DNA of 64,000 nucleotides from Candidatus Poribacteria bacterium (GTDB lineage Bacteria; Poribacteria; WGA-4E; PCPOR2b): NCBI GenBank assembly GCA_965218095.1, contig OZ244587.1, positions 5,088,001 to 5,152,000 of the forward strand, read 5' to 3'. Shown piece by piece: positions 44,853 to 55,291 of this stretch (position 1 is its first letter; each line of letters starts with the position of its first letter). The notes under the pieces were generated by a model. It saw only the letters and a program-made list of their open reading frames with translations, ran no database searches and was not told where the DNA came from. The position numbers and the translations under genes were made by a program.

Positions 44853-44887
44853 CGGTTTTAACCAATCAGTAACTTCAGTAACTGAGG

Positions 44888-46411
44888 TTACACCCCCTCA
44901 AAGAAATTCTGATAGATATCAGAAAGATTCTGGTGAGCTATCGGATTAAATCCATACGCCTGTAACTCCTTATCGGCTAAGTGAATCCAATTTTCCCATA
45001 AGTGCTCGATTTGCTGACGTGTGACATTTAAGCTGATCCATAATTCCATAAGTGCTTCCGGATTACGACGAAGTAGAACAGTCGCACGCTGGGTTATATC
45101 GTTCCCTTCGTAAAGAAAAGTCAACGGGACTGTAAAGTAATATTCAGAACTTGTGTTTAAGGTGTCCTGTCGACCTGAAGCGATTAACGTCGTTAATTCA
45201 TGGATATTTAGTGCCATATAATATGCCACCAATGAAGTCTGATAGTCCAATTCATTACCAAATATGGGAGCCAACCAATCCCATTTTTCGTATGCCTTCG
45301 TTAAATACTTCCAACCTTCTAGACAATTACCACCACGAGTGCCACTAAGTAATTCGGAGTACCCTCTAAGTTGACTTGTTTTCCATACAGGAAGGGATTT
45401 TCTACCATCTGCAACAGGGATTTTAACTCGTGCAAGGCTTAGGGCGAGATCTAGCTGATTTGTGCTCAGGCTGAGACCCCCGTGCAGACTGTGATAGACA
45501 TACCCTAGTGCAAAAGATATGTTTTGCCAGTCTACGTACACGGAACGATTCCAACTTGCAATATTCAGCAGGTCATCGAGAATGGGCTTCTGATCTCTAA
45601 ACTGTTCCCTACTAGATTCAACTCCCACTAAAGCAACAGAAATTAAGGGTGAGATAATTTCAACCGCTGTATCCACAACCCGAACCAACTGTTCTTTGCT
45701 TTCTGGTCGCTGACCCTCCAACTCATTTTGTCGCCATTGTACCAAGGAATTGAATACACTTGGCTTAATTCTTTTGACGAGTTGTCGCCATCCAAGTACG
45801 TCCCCCGCACGGGCGAGCTTGATCGCAGCTAAGTAAGCTTCGGATGCAGATCCAACCTGCGCCGGGATTTCAGGCAGTTGAGTGCCTGACCCTTCAATAG
45901 GCGGTGCTTCTTGTCCAGAGGGAAGTTTAGCGAATGGGTTTTTTCCCAAAGGGGGTTTCTCTATAACTGGCACTCGATGGAGTTCATGAATCAACTTATC
46001 AAATTCCGATTCAAATTGACTGTCATTCCTGAAGTCAATATAAACTCGCGTTCCTAAAAATGTTGGTGTCTTTTCCTTTCCTGATGCCTGACGGATTACA
46101 GGAATGAATTTATCAGTTCCTAAATCCTGAACAAGCTGCGCGGTTACAATCATTCGCTCATAGCCAACGCCACCTTCACCGGCACTCGCCTTCCTCACGT
46201 ACTGTTCCGTGCAAACGACTAGTACCCTATCGGAGTCTACAATACCGCGCTCCATGAATTGTGTTACATCATCGCCCGGACCGAGGTCCCATTGGTCGAG
46301 TATCGCATCAACTCCATTGTGGCGAAGTTTTGCACCGAGTTCTGATACCCACCGCTTGTGTTCTGGAGAATCGTGAGAATATGAAATGAATACCTTAGGG
46401 TGTTCTGCCAT
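44888..46411 (-). CDS. TIR_2/SEFIR domain protein with unknown, probably helical, C-terminal region
   Basis: KVFISYSHDSPEHKRWV, LDQWDL, GGVGYE, KPPLGKNPF linker. Confidence 0.88.
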   Translation of the reverse strand: MAEHPKVFISYSHDSPEHKRWVSELGAKLRHNGVDAILDQWDLGPGDDVTQFMERGIVDSDRVLVVCTEQYVRKASAGEGGVGYERMIVTAQLVQDLGTDKFIPVIRQASGKEKTPTFLGTRVYIDFRNDSQFESEFDKLIHELHRVPVIEKPPLGKNPFAKLPSGQEAPPIEGSGTQLPEIPAQVGSASEAYLAAIKLARAGDVLGWRQLVKRIKPSVFNSLVQWRQNELEGQRPESKEQLVRVVDTAVEIISPLISVALVGVESSREQFRDQKPILDDLLNIASWNRSVYVDWQNISFALGYVYHSLHGGLSLSTNQLDLALSLARVKIPVADGRKSLPVWKTSQLRGYSELLSGTRGGNCLEGWKYLTKAYEKWDWLAPIFGNELDYQTSLVAYYMALNIHELTTLIASGRQDTLNTSSEYYFTVPLTFLYEGNDITQRATVLLRRNPEALMELWISLNVTRQQIEHLWENWIHLADKELQAYGFNPIAHQNLSDIYQNFFEGV

Positions 46412-47675
46412 CTTTTACCTCCAATCTCTCATCTACATCGTCCACACGAATTTCCCCGAACAGCAACTTCGGCAGCAGCACGTCCCGGATTTGCGATAGA
46501 GTGTGGGATTGTTGATTATTAGCAGCTCGTTTTTTATCAAGTATGGAAACTTTTTCATAAAACCGTTTGGCGATATCAAGCGGCGGAAAAACAAATTCAA
46601 CAGCGGAAAGCAATTGAGCATTCGCATTAGGTTGTGCAGAGCCACCTATACAACCTGCCACATAATTATCGTATACTGGCGAAGCCATGAACTCCCCAAC
46701 CAGACGAGCCATGCTTAAATCATGAAATTGAATTCTCACAAGGTAGGAAGCAAAAACGGCATCAGGTGGATCAACAATATAGATGTTCGCGCCCGTTGTG
46801 GCTCCAGTCCGCGCTACGAGTATGTCTCCTTCCTGAAGTCGGTATTTCTCATGATTTTTTTCAGTAATATGACAAAATGGTACGCTTGCCCAATTAAGCC
46901 TTTTATTAGAAATGTCAGTGATTCTTAGGAACTTTGGTCCGACAGGTTTTTCAGATGCACTCTGTGTAAATCCATATTGGATTCGTGATACTTGATTTTT
47001 TACTTGGTCAACTTCCCACCCCTTCGGGATTTTTCCCACCGGCGAATCTTGGAATGCTGACGGGAACAGGGCAGCAGTTTCAGCGTCCATACCAGCGGGT
47101 TGGCGTCCATCCATCTTTGCCCGCACCGGGTCAAAGTCCACAAACCACGACTTGAAAATCGCCCGCGCCATCGCTTCCAGTGTCTCATTCATCTGTCGGT
47201 TGAGTTTGATTTTGTCGTCAAGCGTGCCGAGGATGTAGGCGATGGCATATTGTGCAGCTTCGCCGAAGTTCGGGTAAGGGATCGCGGCGAGTTGCGACGC
47301 AGAGATACTAGGAAATGTTGACCCTGTCGCTTGTGCGAGCAATGCGGGAAGTTGAAACTCAATCACCGCGCGAACGAACGGCTGGAGTTCATCTATCCAC
47401 CGGTGACGAAAAGCTGCTATACCACGTCCAATCGCATATTTTTGATCCGCCCAATTCATGCGGCCCGTGGTTGAACCCCGGACGCAAAAGAGAAGGTCTC
47501 CTGGATTTGCGATCTTACGCGCATCAGTGGTAAACTGAACGGGCGTGGGATGGTAAGGGCCAAATTCAGTTGGACCGTTCAGTAGTGGAATCCCTATATC
47601 TCCTGAAACTGTATTGCCTAGTGGCGACTGCCCCATCACAATATCTACGAAGTCAGCTATGGTTTTACTCGCCAT
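46395..47675 (-). CDS. hsdS: Type I RM specificity subunit S
   Basis: Two TRDs; conserved LDDKIKLNRQMNETLEAMARAIFKSWFVDF, IPKGWEV, RDVLLPKL. Confidence 0.95.
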   Translation of the reverse strand: MASKTIADFVDIVMGQSPLGNTVSGDIGIPLLNGPTEFGPYHPTPVQFTTDARKIANPGDLLFCVRGSTTGRMNWADQKYAIGRGIAAFRHRWIDELQPFVRAVIEFQLPALLAQATGSTFPSISASQLAAIPYPNFGEAAQYAIAYILGTLDDKIKLNRQMNETLEAMARAIFKSWFVDFDPVRAKMDGRQPAGMDAETAALFPSAFQDSPVGKIPKGWEVDQVKNQVSRIQYGFTQSASEKPVGPKFLRITDISNKRLNWASVPFCHITEKNHEKYRLQEGDILVARTGATTGANIYIVDPPDAVFASYLVRIQFHDLSMARLVGEFMASPVYDNYVAGCIGGSAQPNANAQLLSAVEFVFPPLDIAKRFYEKVSILDKKRAANNQQSHTLSQIRDVLLPKLLFGEIRVDDVDERLEVKDGRTP

Positions 47676-47780
47676 TTTCTAACTCCCGCGAATTTGCTCA
47701 AATTGACTGCTCTCTTTAACGGATGCCAATTTCTGTATCACCGCACATTCCTCCACTGCTCTCTTCTTTGGCAGTTTGCT

Positions 47781-48020
47781 TCATTGACGGCGGAAAACCA
47801 AGGCTTCTACAATTTGGGCATCGTCAGTTATTTCTTTCTCTGACCCGTGAAAATCGTTGTGTTGGCCCTCCCAGTCGTAGATTTGGGTGTCCAGTTGTAT
47901 CTTTATGACGGAAATCCGTTCTAGCGACAGGTCGTCATAGCCATCCTCATAGCCATTGACAACGACCCGCAAATCATCCGGATATTTTCTGAGGAGTTCA
48001 ACCAACGCTTTTATCGTCAT
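47781..48020 (-). CDS. Small acidic hypothetical protein
   Basis: ATGA overlap with the upstream gene, AGGAG RBS. Confidence 0.7.
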   Translation of the reverse strand: MTIKALVELLRKYPDDLRVVVNGYEDGYDDLSLERISVIKIQLDTQIYDWEGQHNDFHGSEKEITDDAQIVEALVFRRQ

Positions 48021-49771
48021 TTTCCATCTCCTTTGGAATAAGGGCGATACTCCACTAGCGCCGACCTACCGATGATTGCGACGATGCGCGCTACCAGTTC
48101 CCTTCCATCGGCATCAGTGAGACGCAAATCCTCACCGGGCATGAAATGAACTGGCTGCGGTTGGCCCTCGTTGATGGCGATGTTGGAGGCGTAGAGGTAG
48201 GTCCGGTCATGGGTATCGCGAATGGGATTCAAACGCCCCGACAAGCCCGGAAGGTAGCCGGTCTCCTCCGGAAAGAGCACGGATCCGCCATCTGGCAGGC
48301 TTTGCATTTCAATTGCAAGTGCCCCCTGCGCTGGCACCCAGTCGTGTTTAAGGTGTGCGGCGAAGCCGGTAGCGGCCGCGAACACCGTCATGGGAAGGTG
48401 CGTGGAATACAGATTGACTTGTGCCTCGCCATTCTCGTCGGTGGTTGTTTGTTTCCATGTCTTATTGGGAAACAGTGCCAACAACTTGACCCCCGGCACA
48501 GGGAGGCCGCGGTGATGGCACATGATGACAGTGGTTGCCGGTGTCGCATCCGTGGGAGCGGCAGGAATTGTGAGAACAAGGTCTGAATCATCAATAAGCT
48601 GGTATTCTGGGATTTTTCCACTCAAGGCTTCCGTTTCACGAAGGATGATTGGCACACCGTCCCCACGCCGCTCCATGAAAAATTGCCGATCTCCCGAACC
48701 CCGGACCTCCCCGACAGGTATTCGTCCGAAGATTGAAGCAAGTGCTTCGTTTCGAGTTGATTGGCGGACATCCATGCTGTCGATCGTTAGGTTGTTTGGC
48801 AACCCACCGGGAGAGTTTATTTCAAGGCGATCCGCGAACATTGAGAGTCGAATCCGGCTGCCACGAATTGAGTAGTCGCGGTGGGCAACGGCGTTGACAA
48901 TCGCTTCAAACAGTGCTGTCTCACTGTATTGTGGCAAGTCGGTCCGAGCGGGATTCTTGTAAGCACCGACGCGCATGTTGCGGACCGCAAAGGCAACTGC
49001 CTCAGTAATTTGTCGGTTCAACGGTCCAGTAATTGTCTGGGCATCTATCTGATCGGAGGCACGATCGTTGCCTCGGTAACAGGTCGCGGTGATGCAAGCG
49101 TTGGGAAGCCATTCTTCGGGCGAGCGACTGCACAACAGCACTCCCGCCACCGTAGCCCGCGTTGTCCCATTTTCGTCGTTAGCCAGAAGCCCCATCCTTT
49201 CCAGCGCAGATTCAGGATCGGCAGCACCTACGGTACTCAATAAAGGCTTCCAAAGAGATTCATCTAGGGATCCAAATCCAGTTCCCTCAACCGGCTGTTT
49301 ATCAAACCAGAGGAATCGTGCCTGCCCGCGCTGCTGTGCCAGACGCAGCCGCTCATTGCTCGTCATCCGACGTTTTGAGCTGCCGACCCGATGGTAGCTG
49401 CCGCCGGGACTGTCGTGCTGAGTGTGACCTTGCGGTACTTCAACCAATAGGAATGATGCCCCTTCCTTTAGTTCTCTACGAAGGATGGTAAGGCGGATTG
49501 GGGGGGCAATCTTGTCAGTGCAAACTTCCACTAAAAGCCGCTCCAGTCCGTCCATCTGCTCGCGTGACATACCTTGCACATCGCCACTGTCGGTCACACC
49601 ACATAGCACCACACCGCCGTCTGTATTGGCAAAGGCAGCGAGTTCATCTACCAGATCGCCGCGACGGGGACTCCTAGGAACATTACCAACAAACTCAATC
49701 TCCTTGAATTCCCAGTGGCTGTCCTCGCCGAGGCGCATTTGGCGTTTGATTTCTTCGTCACTGAAATTCAT
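48017..49771 (-). CDS. Schlafen/AlbA_2 domain plus HATPase_c_4 (GHKL-like) protein with extra C-terminal beta domain
   Basis: [23 protein letters not shown]; [26 protein letters not shown]. Confidence 0.88.
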   Translation of the reverse strand: MNFSDEEIKRQMRLGEDSHWEFKEIEFVGNVPRSPRRGDLVDELAAFANTDGGVVLCGVTDSGDVQGMSREQMDGLERLLVEVCTDKIAPPIRLTILRRELKEGASFLLVEVPQGHTQHDSPGGSYHRVGSSKRRMTSNERLRLAQQRGQARFLWFDKQPVEGTGFGSLDESLWKPLLSTVGAADPESALERMGLLANDENGTTRATVAGVLLCSRSPEEWLPNACITATCYRGNDRASDQIDAQTITGPLNRQITEAVAFAVRNMRVGAYKNPARTDLPQYSETALFEAIVNAVAHRDYSIRGSRIRLSMFADRLEINSPGGLPNNLTIDSMDVRQSTRNEALASIFGRIPVGEVRGSGDRQFFMERRGDGVPIILRETEALSGKIPEYQLIDDSDLVLTIPAAPTDATPATTVIMCHHRGLPVPGVKLLALFPNKTWKQTTTDENGEAQVNLYSTHLPMTVFAAATGFAAHLKHDWVPAQGALAIEMQSLPDGGSVLFPEETGYLPGLSGRLNPIRDTHDRTYLYASNIAINEGQPQPVHFMPGEDLRLTDADGRELVARIVAIIGRSALVEYRPYSKGDGK

Positions 49772-51591
49772 GAATTATCTCCAATCCCAACTATCTCCAA
49801 ATTCTCACCGATCGCCGCATCCAACCGCCGCGCCTCCGCCATCTGCTCGGTCAGTTTCTTGGTTAAATGTGCCATCGTTTCCTCAAACGCTTCGTTGTCG
49901 TCCTCCTGAACCACTGTCCCAACGTAGCGGCCAGGGGTCAAGACGTGGCTATGCTTGCGTACTTCCTCTAGGGTTGTGCTTTTGCAGAAGCCGGGCACAT
50001 CGGCATATTCGCCCGCACCCTCATCGCCGCGCCAAGCCTGATAGGTATTAGCAATGCGCGTTATATCTTCATCTGTTAATTCCCGATGAACGCGATCAAT
50101 CATCACGCCGAGCGTGCGAGCGTCTATGAACAGGATTTCGCCGCTACGGTCGCGGAAAGGCAGACGGTTTTGGGCAGGCACAAGACCTGCCCCTACATTT
50201 GGTTCGTCCTCTGTAGGGGCAACCCTTGTGGTTGCCCTGTTGGGCACGGTTGCCGCATTTTCCGCCCTACCGGCCGGGGGTTGGGCAGGCACAAGACCTG
50301 CCCCTACATTTGGTTCGTCCTCTATAGGGGCAACCCTTGTGGTTGCCCTATTCACCGGGGTTGCCCTCATGCCGGATCCGTGGCGGTTGCGGGCGATAAA
50401 CCAGAGGCAAACGGGAATCTGTGTGGAATAGAAAAGCTGTCCGGGCAACGCCACCATGCAATCCACCAAATCGGCTTCGACGATGTTCTTGCGAATCTCG
50501 CCTTCAGTAGATGTATTAGAACTCATCGAACCGTTTGCCAACACAAAACCAGCGGCGCCGTTTGGCGCGAGGTGATGGATAAAGTGCTGTACCCAAGCGA
50601 AGTTGGCGTTTCCTACGGATGGCGCACCGTAAACCCAACGTCTATCTTGACGCAACCGGTCACCGCCCCAGTCGCTGTCATTAAAGGGTGGATTGGCGAG
50701 GACATAGTCCGCTTTCAAGTCTGGATGCAGGTCGTGGTGGAAGCTATCAGCATGTTCCTGTCCGAGATTGGCTTCAATGCTACGAATTGCGAGGTTCATC
50801 AGTGCCAACTGTCGTGTGGTCGGGTTCGACTCCTGCCCGTAGACGACAATATCGTCGCGCTTTCCGCCGTGTGCTTCAACGAAAGTTTCACTCTGAACAA
50901 ACATGCCGCTAGAACCACAGCACGGGTCGTAAACCCGCCCCTTGTATGGCGCGAGCATCTCAACGAGCACCCGCACCACACAGCGGGGGGTGTAGAACTG
51001 TCCGCCCCTTTTGCCCTCCGCACTCGCGAATTCTGAAAGGAAGTATTCGTAGACCCTGCCCAATATATCCTTTGAGCGGTTCGCTTCCTCTCCCAAACCG
51101 ATTGTACCGATCAGGTCAATCAGTTCGCCAAGTCGTTGCTTGTCAAGCCCCGGACGCGCATAGTTTTTAGGAAGAACCCCTTTCAGACGCGAGTTTTCCC
51201 CCTCAATCGCAATCATCGCGTTATCAACCAACGTCCCAATTTCCGGTCGCTTGGCATTCGCTTGCAGATAAGCCCAGCGGGCTTTCTCCGGGACGTAGAA
51301 GATGTTGTCTGCTAGATATTCATCTCGGTCCTCGGTGATCTGGTAGCGGGCAGCTTTCTCTTTAATGTAGTATTCACTGTGAGGATCGGCAGATTCTTTG
51401 AACAGCCAATCGCGTTTTTCCTCGAAAGCGTCTGAAATATACTTGAGGAAGATTAACCCCAACACCACATGCTTATATTCGGCGGCATCAAGGTTGTTAC
51501 GGAGTTTGTCCGCTGCTTGGTATAGGGTTGCTTCAAAGCCGAGCGTCGCCCCGTTTTCATTCGATTTTGTGTCTCGTTTCTTTTTTGCCAT
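49768..51591 (-). CDS. hsdM: Type I RM N6-adenine methyltransferase subunit M, with in-frame REP insertion
   Basis: [26 protein letters not shown]. Confidence 0.97.
   Translation of the reverse strand: MAKKKRDTKSNENGATLGFEATLYQAADKLRNNLDAAEYKHVVLGLIFLKYISDAFEEKRDWLFKESADPHSEYYIKEKAARYQITEDRDEYLADNIFYVPEKARWAYLQANAKRPEIGTLVDNAMIAIEGENSRLKGVLPKNYARPGLDKQRLGELIDLIGTIGLGEEANRSKDILGRVYEYFLSEFASAEGKRGGQFYTPRCVVRVLVEMLAPYKGRVYDPCCGSSGMFVQSETFVEAHGGKRDDIVVYGQESNPTTRQLALMNLAIRSIEANLGQEHADSFHHDLHPDLKADYVLANPPFNDSDWGGDRLRQDRRWVYGAPSVGNANFAWVQHFIHHLAPNGAAGFVLANGSMSSNTSTEGEIRKNIVEADLVDCMVALPGQLFYSTQIPVCLWFIARNRHGSGMRATPVNRATTRVAPIEDEPNVGAGLVPAQPPAGRAENAATVPNRATTRVAPTEDEPNVGAGLVPAQNRLPFRDRSGEILFIDARTLGVMIDRVHRELTDEDITRIANTYQAWRGDEGAGEYADVPGFCKSTTLEEVRKHSHVLTPGRYVGTVVQEDDNEAFEETMAHLTKKLTEQMAEARRLDAAIGENLEIVGIGDNS
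50170..50349. repeat. BIME-like tandem GTAG REP doublets inside hsdM
   Basis: 69-bp unit at 50170 and 50281 (111-bp period) made of GGGCAGGCACAAGACCTGCCCCTAC and GTAGGGGCAACCCTTGTGGTTGCCC. Confidence 0.88.
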
Positions 51592-51630
51592 AGTCTTTTT
51601 TATCAGCATCCGCTTTACGCTTGTTTATTC

Positions 51631-51763
51631 TAGTGATTCGTCAGAAACCGAGTTTTTGACAACTCACACCCACAATTTCAGCCCAAATCGGCTCAATTGA
51701 GAGCTCGTGGGCGACCGTCAATGAAAAACTCGGTTTCTCTCCAATAGGTCCGAACTTGGGTTA
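51631..51763. repeat. MITE-like palindromic element (partial copy)
   Basis: AGAAACCGAGTTTTT/AAAAACTCGGTTTCT arms and AACTTGGGTTA end, shared with 58669-58823. Confidence 0.7.
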
Positions 51764-51894
51764 TTATTAAAAAGAAATACCACCCAAAACGGGTGAATCC
51801 AAAACTCATGATAACCTATCTTACGGAGATTTTCAAGCCCGTTTTAAAAAACGCTTTGAAAGACCTGATACTCACGACCATAGCCATCCTACAA

Positions 51895-52230
51895 GTTCCG
51901 TGAAAACAACTGAAAAAGGGGGCCCTCGCGGCTATGACGCTGGGAACGAATCGATTTGTGGATTGGGGATAGGAACTTTTGCACGCTTGGTTTCATGTTT
52001 GGGATTAGTGAGCGGTTGGGCAAGTTTCTCCTGCGTCAACATGGTAATGTCCAGGGTACTTTACTGGGTAAACGCAAATTTAAGGGACAGACCAACACAG
52101 AAAAGGTCTACCAACAGGATTTACGTCTCAAGTGTCAAGAGAATGGCAAATCTTTGATTGTCCGTCGAATTACCGTCGAACTCCACCGACCGACGCGTAA
52201 TGAAACGGTCCTCCATTTATTGACATCCTT
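51895..52230 (+). pseudogene. Fused transposase scraps (IS5/IS1031-like, then IS4-like)
   Basis: VKTTEKGGPRGYDAG; FLLRQHGN...VRRITVELHRPTRNETVLHLLT. Confidence 0.6.
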
Positions 52231-52414
52231 GGGTTCTTGGGTTATCCTTATTAAGGGTTGAGAACCTCACTCATCTCCTGTTCCAGTCACGGTTACACCG
52301 CCTTAGACCCTGGCTGTGGCGAAGAATCCCGGTGATGGCGCCCTGGCGATGCTTTGCCCCACTCAGGATTTTACAATTAACTTGACTTTAGATGAATTAA
52401 GGGAGTATTTTCTG

Positions 52415-55291
52415 ATGCACAACAAGGGACACTTTATCTCAACTTCTGTTTTCACAGTTCTTTCGACCTTAATGTTAGGCATTTCCACACCTGCCTTTTC
52501 CCAGAATCTGAACCAAGAAGCAGCATCCAGCTTTACACTTCAACTTCTCCACACGGCAGACATAGAGAGCGGCATCGAGGCACTTGAAAATGCCCCACGC
52601 TTCTCATCGGTATTGAATGCGCTCAAAATTGAGGTTGAGAATACAGTTATCATCGGAGCAGGGGATACCTACATCCCCGGGGCATTTTTCGCAGCGGGCA
52701 ATGACCCAAGCCTTCGCGACGTTTTGGGGCGTGAGGGGTCGGGGCGTGCGGATATTCTGATGCTCAATGCGATGGGATTTATGGCGTCAGCACTCGGCAA
52801 CCATGAATTTGACCTAGGCACTGCCACACTCGCTGGGTTGATTCAGAATGATAGTAGAGGCTACGTCGGCACAGCGTTCCCATTCCTAAGTGCGAACTTG
52901 GATTTCAGCCTCGATAGCAACCTTGCCGATCTTGTTGTTGATGCCGGGCAGGAGGCAAGTACGGTTCCAAACAGTATCAGCAAGAGCGTGGTTATCACGA
53001 CTGCTTCGGGCGAAAAGATTGGGGTTGTTGGCGTAACCACACCACGGCTCGGAAGTATATCTTCACCGGGCGATGTCGGGATTGCACCGGAAAACCCGGA
53101 TGATATTGTGGCATTGGCAGCAATCATCCAAGAAGCCGTTGATGGGTTGACAGCAACCGGAGTGAACAAAATTATTGTCACCGGTCACCTTCTGCAAATT
53201 CGCATTGATGAGGCGGTAGCGCCCCAGTTGCGCGACGTTGACATTATCATTGCGGGTGGCTCAAACACACTGCTCGCGGATGAGGCAGACCGTCTGCACG
53301 ATGGTGACACCGTTGCCCGGCCTTATCCTATTCTGACAAATTCCGCCGCGAATGAACCGATTGCAATTGTCGGCACAGATGGTGATTACAAGTACGTCGG
53401 TCGATTAGTCGTCAGTTTTGACGAGGCAGGTGTCCTGATACCGGAATCGATTGACCCTGAAGTGAGCGGCGCCTTCGTTACGGACGAACAGGGCGTTGCG
53501 GATACCGGCAACGTCGAACCAGAGCCGCGTGTCATTGAAATTACCGAAGCGATTCGGAACGTGGTTGTCGCGAAGGACAGCAATACCTTTGGGCAGACAA
53601 GCGTCTATCTGAATGGAACCAGGGGTTCGGTTCGCACAGAGGAAACGAACCTCGGCAACTTAACCGCTGATGCCAACTTAGACGTGGCACGGCGGGTTGA
53701 CCCGACGGTGGTTGTCTCGCTGAAAAATGGCGGCGGCATCCGAGCCTCTATTGGTGTCACTGTCGGTGGACAGGCACTTCCACCGCCTGCGAATCCGTTG
53801 GTCGGCAAGGCCGCTGGTCAAATTTCGCAGATTGATATCGAAAATGCGCTCCGATTCAACAACGGATTGAGTCTATTAACACTCACAGCCGCGCAACTCC
53901 TTGAGGTCATCGAACACGCTGTCGCTGAATCAGAACTGGGTGTGAGCCCCGGGCACGGGCAGTTTGCTCAGGTCGCTGGATTTGCCTTCAGTTTCGACAT
54001 CTCGCAACCCGCGGGTTCAAGGGTCAAGTCGCTCGTCATCACCGATGCCGGTGGCAACCCGATTGACATCATCGCACAGAATAGCGAACTGGTCAGCGAT
54101 GCGAATCGGACGTTCCGCATGGTCACGCTTGATTTCCTTGCAGATGGCGGTGACGACTATCCTTATCCGAATTTCCCGAATACCGACCGCGTAGATATCC
54201 CCGCAGTGATAACGGAGGAACAGTCGGGTGGCAAAGCGACTTTTGTTTCACCCGGTACGGAACAGGATGCCCTCGCAGAATATGTCGCGGCGAACTTCTC
54301 GATAACATCGTTTATGGATGCCGATGTGGGGCCCGAAAGCGATCAACGCATTCAAAATCTCGCATTTCGTGCCGATAGCTTGATTGTACCGGCGACAACC
54401 GCAAGCGCATTTGACACACAACTCAGCGCGGGTTTGAACATGATCAGTTTACCCCTGATGCCCGACGAACCTTACACAGCGCGTTCCTTCATGGAAAAAC
54501 TCGGCGCGACGGTCATCATTGAGTACAATCCATCGGTTGGCAGTTTTATCGGATTTACGGCAAATTCTTCCGGCGACGGTTTCCCTGTCGAAGGCGGGAA
54601 GGGCTACATTATCAACGTTACCGAATCGAAGGTTGTCAGATTCACCGGTCGTGCATGGCAAAACACACCGACGACAATCTCAGCCGCGCCTACACCGGCT
54701 CAGATTCCCAAGGTGTGGGCGTTTGTCCTTCACGCTTGGCTTGAAGGGGTCGAGAATGTGACGCTGACCGTCTACAACGGACACACCAGAGTTGCCGGAG
54801 CCGTTGATGCGAATAGGTCGCACGCTGTTTGGGCAGACATAAGCCGCCGGGCGGTTGTTTCTGTCGGCGATACGCTGACGATTGAAGTGCGTGACGCAAG
54901 TGGTGAATTGATTCGCACGCTGCATCACGAAATTAACGTGATAGACATCCGTCGGGCGTTCACGGAATTGCGACTGACGCCAGACGACCTGAAACCGAGA
55001 CGGACCGCACTGCTCACCAATTATCCAAACCCGTTTAATCCGGAAACGTGGATGCCGTATCAGTTGGCGAATGACACTGATGTTGCGATTCGCATCTACG
55101 CCCCGACAGGAGAACTCGTTCGGCATCTTGACCTTGGATTTCAGAGCGCAGGATATTATATTGGAAAGTCACGCGCCGCCTACTGGGATGGTCGTAACGA
55201 TTTTGGCGAACGGCTGGCTTCGGGTGTTTATTTCTACCAGTTAATCACCCCTGAATCGACGGGGACCCGGAAGATGGTTATTGTGAAGTAG
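52415..55291 (+). CDS. Secreted 5'-nucleotidase/metallophosphatase with C-terminal FlgD-Ig/T9SS-like domain
   Basis: Signal peptide; GDTY, GNHEFD, ETNLGNLTADA, NGGGIRASI; tail NYPNPFNPETW...WDGRN...SGVYFYQL. Confidence 0.92.
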   Translation: MHNKGHFISTSVFTVLSTLMLGISTPAFSQNLNQEAASSFTLQLLHTADIESGIEALENAPRFSSVLNALKIEVENTVIIGAGDTYIPGAFFAAGNDPSLRDVLGREGSGRADILMLNAMGFMASALGNHEFDLGTATLAGLIQNDSRGYVGTAFPFLSANLDFSLDSNLADLVVDAGQEASTVPNSISKSVVITTASGEKIGVVGVTTPRLGSISSPGDVGIAPENPDDIVALAAIIQEAVDGLTATGVNKIIVTGHLLQIRIDEAVAPQLRDVDIIIAGGSNTLLADEADRLHDGDTVARPYPILTNSAANEPIAIVGTDGDYKYVGRLVVSFDEAGVLIPESIDPEVSGAFVTDEQGVADTGNVEPEPRVIEITEAIRNVVVAKDSNTFGQTSVYLNGTRGSVRTEETNLGNLTADANLDVARRVDPTVVVSLKNGGGIRASIGVTVGGQALPPPANPLVGKAAGQISQIDIENALRFNNGLSLLTLTAAQLLEVIEHAVAESELGVSPGHGQFAQVAGFAFSFDISQPAGSRVKSLVITDAGGNPIDIIAQNSELVSDANRTFRMVTLDFLADGGDDYPYPNFPNTDRVDIPAVITEEQSGGKATFVSPGTEQDALAEYVAANFSITSFMDADVGPESDQRIQNLAFRADSLIVPATTASAFDTQLSAGLNMISLPLMPDEPYTARSFMEKLGATVIIEYNPSVGSFIGFTANSSGDGFPVEGGKGYIINVTESKVVRFTGRAWQNTPTTISAAPTPAQIPKVWAFVLHAWLEGVENVTLTVYNGHTRVAGAVDANRSHAVWADISRRAVVSVGDTLTIEVRDASGELIRTLHHEINVIDIRRAFTELRLTPDDLKPRRTALLTNYPNPFNPETWMPYQLANDTDVAIRIYAPTGELVRHLDLGFQSAGYYIGKSRAAYWDGRNDFGERLASGVYFYQLITPESTGTRKMVIVK

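Noticed and set aside
50170-50349. CRISPR array
   Set aside because: Only two units, GC-rich palindromic GTAG REPs with an identical inner spacer, and no cas genes in the window.
52240-52370. Riboswitch upstream of the 5'-nucleotidase
   Set aside because: Could not match SAM, purine, TPP or cobalamin consensus by eye; an Infernal/Rfam scan would settle it.
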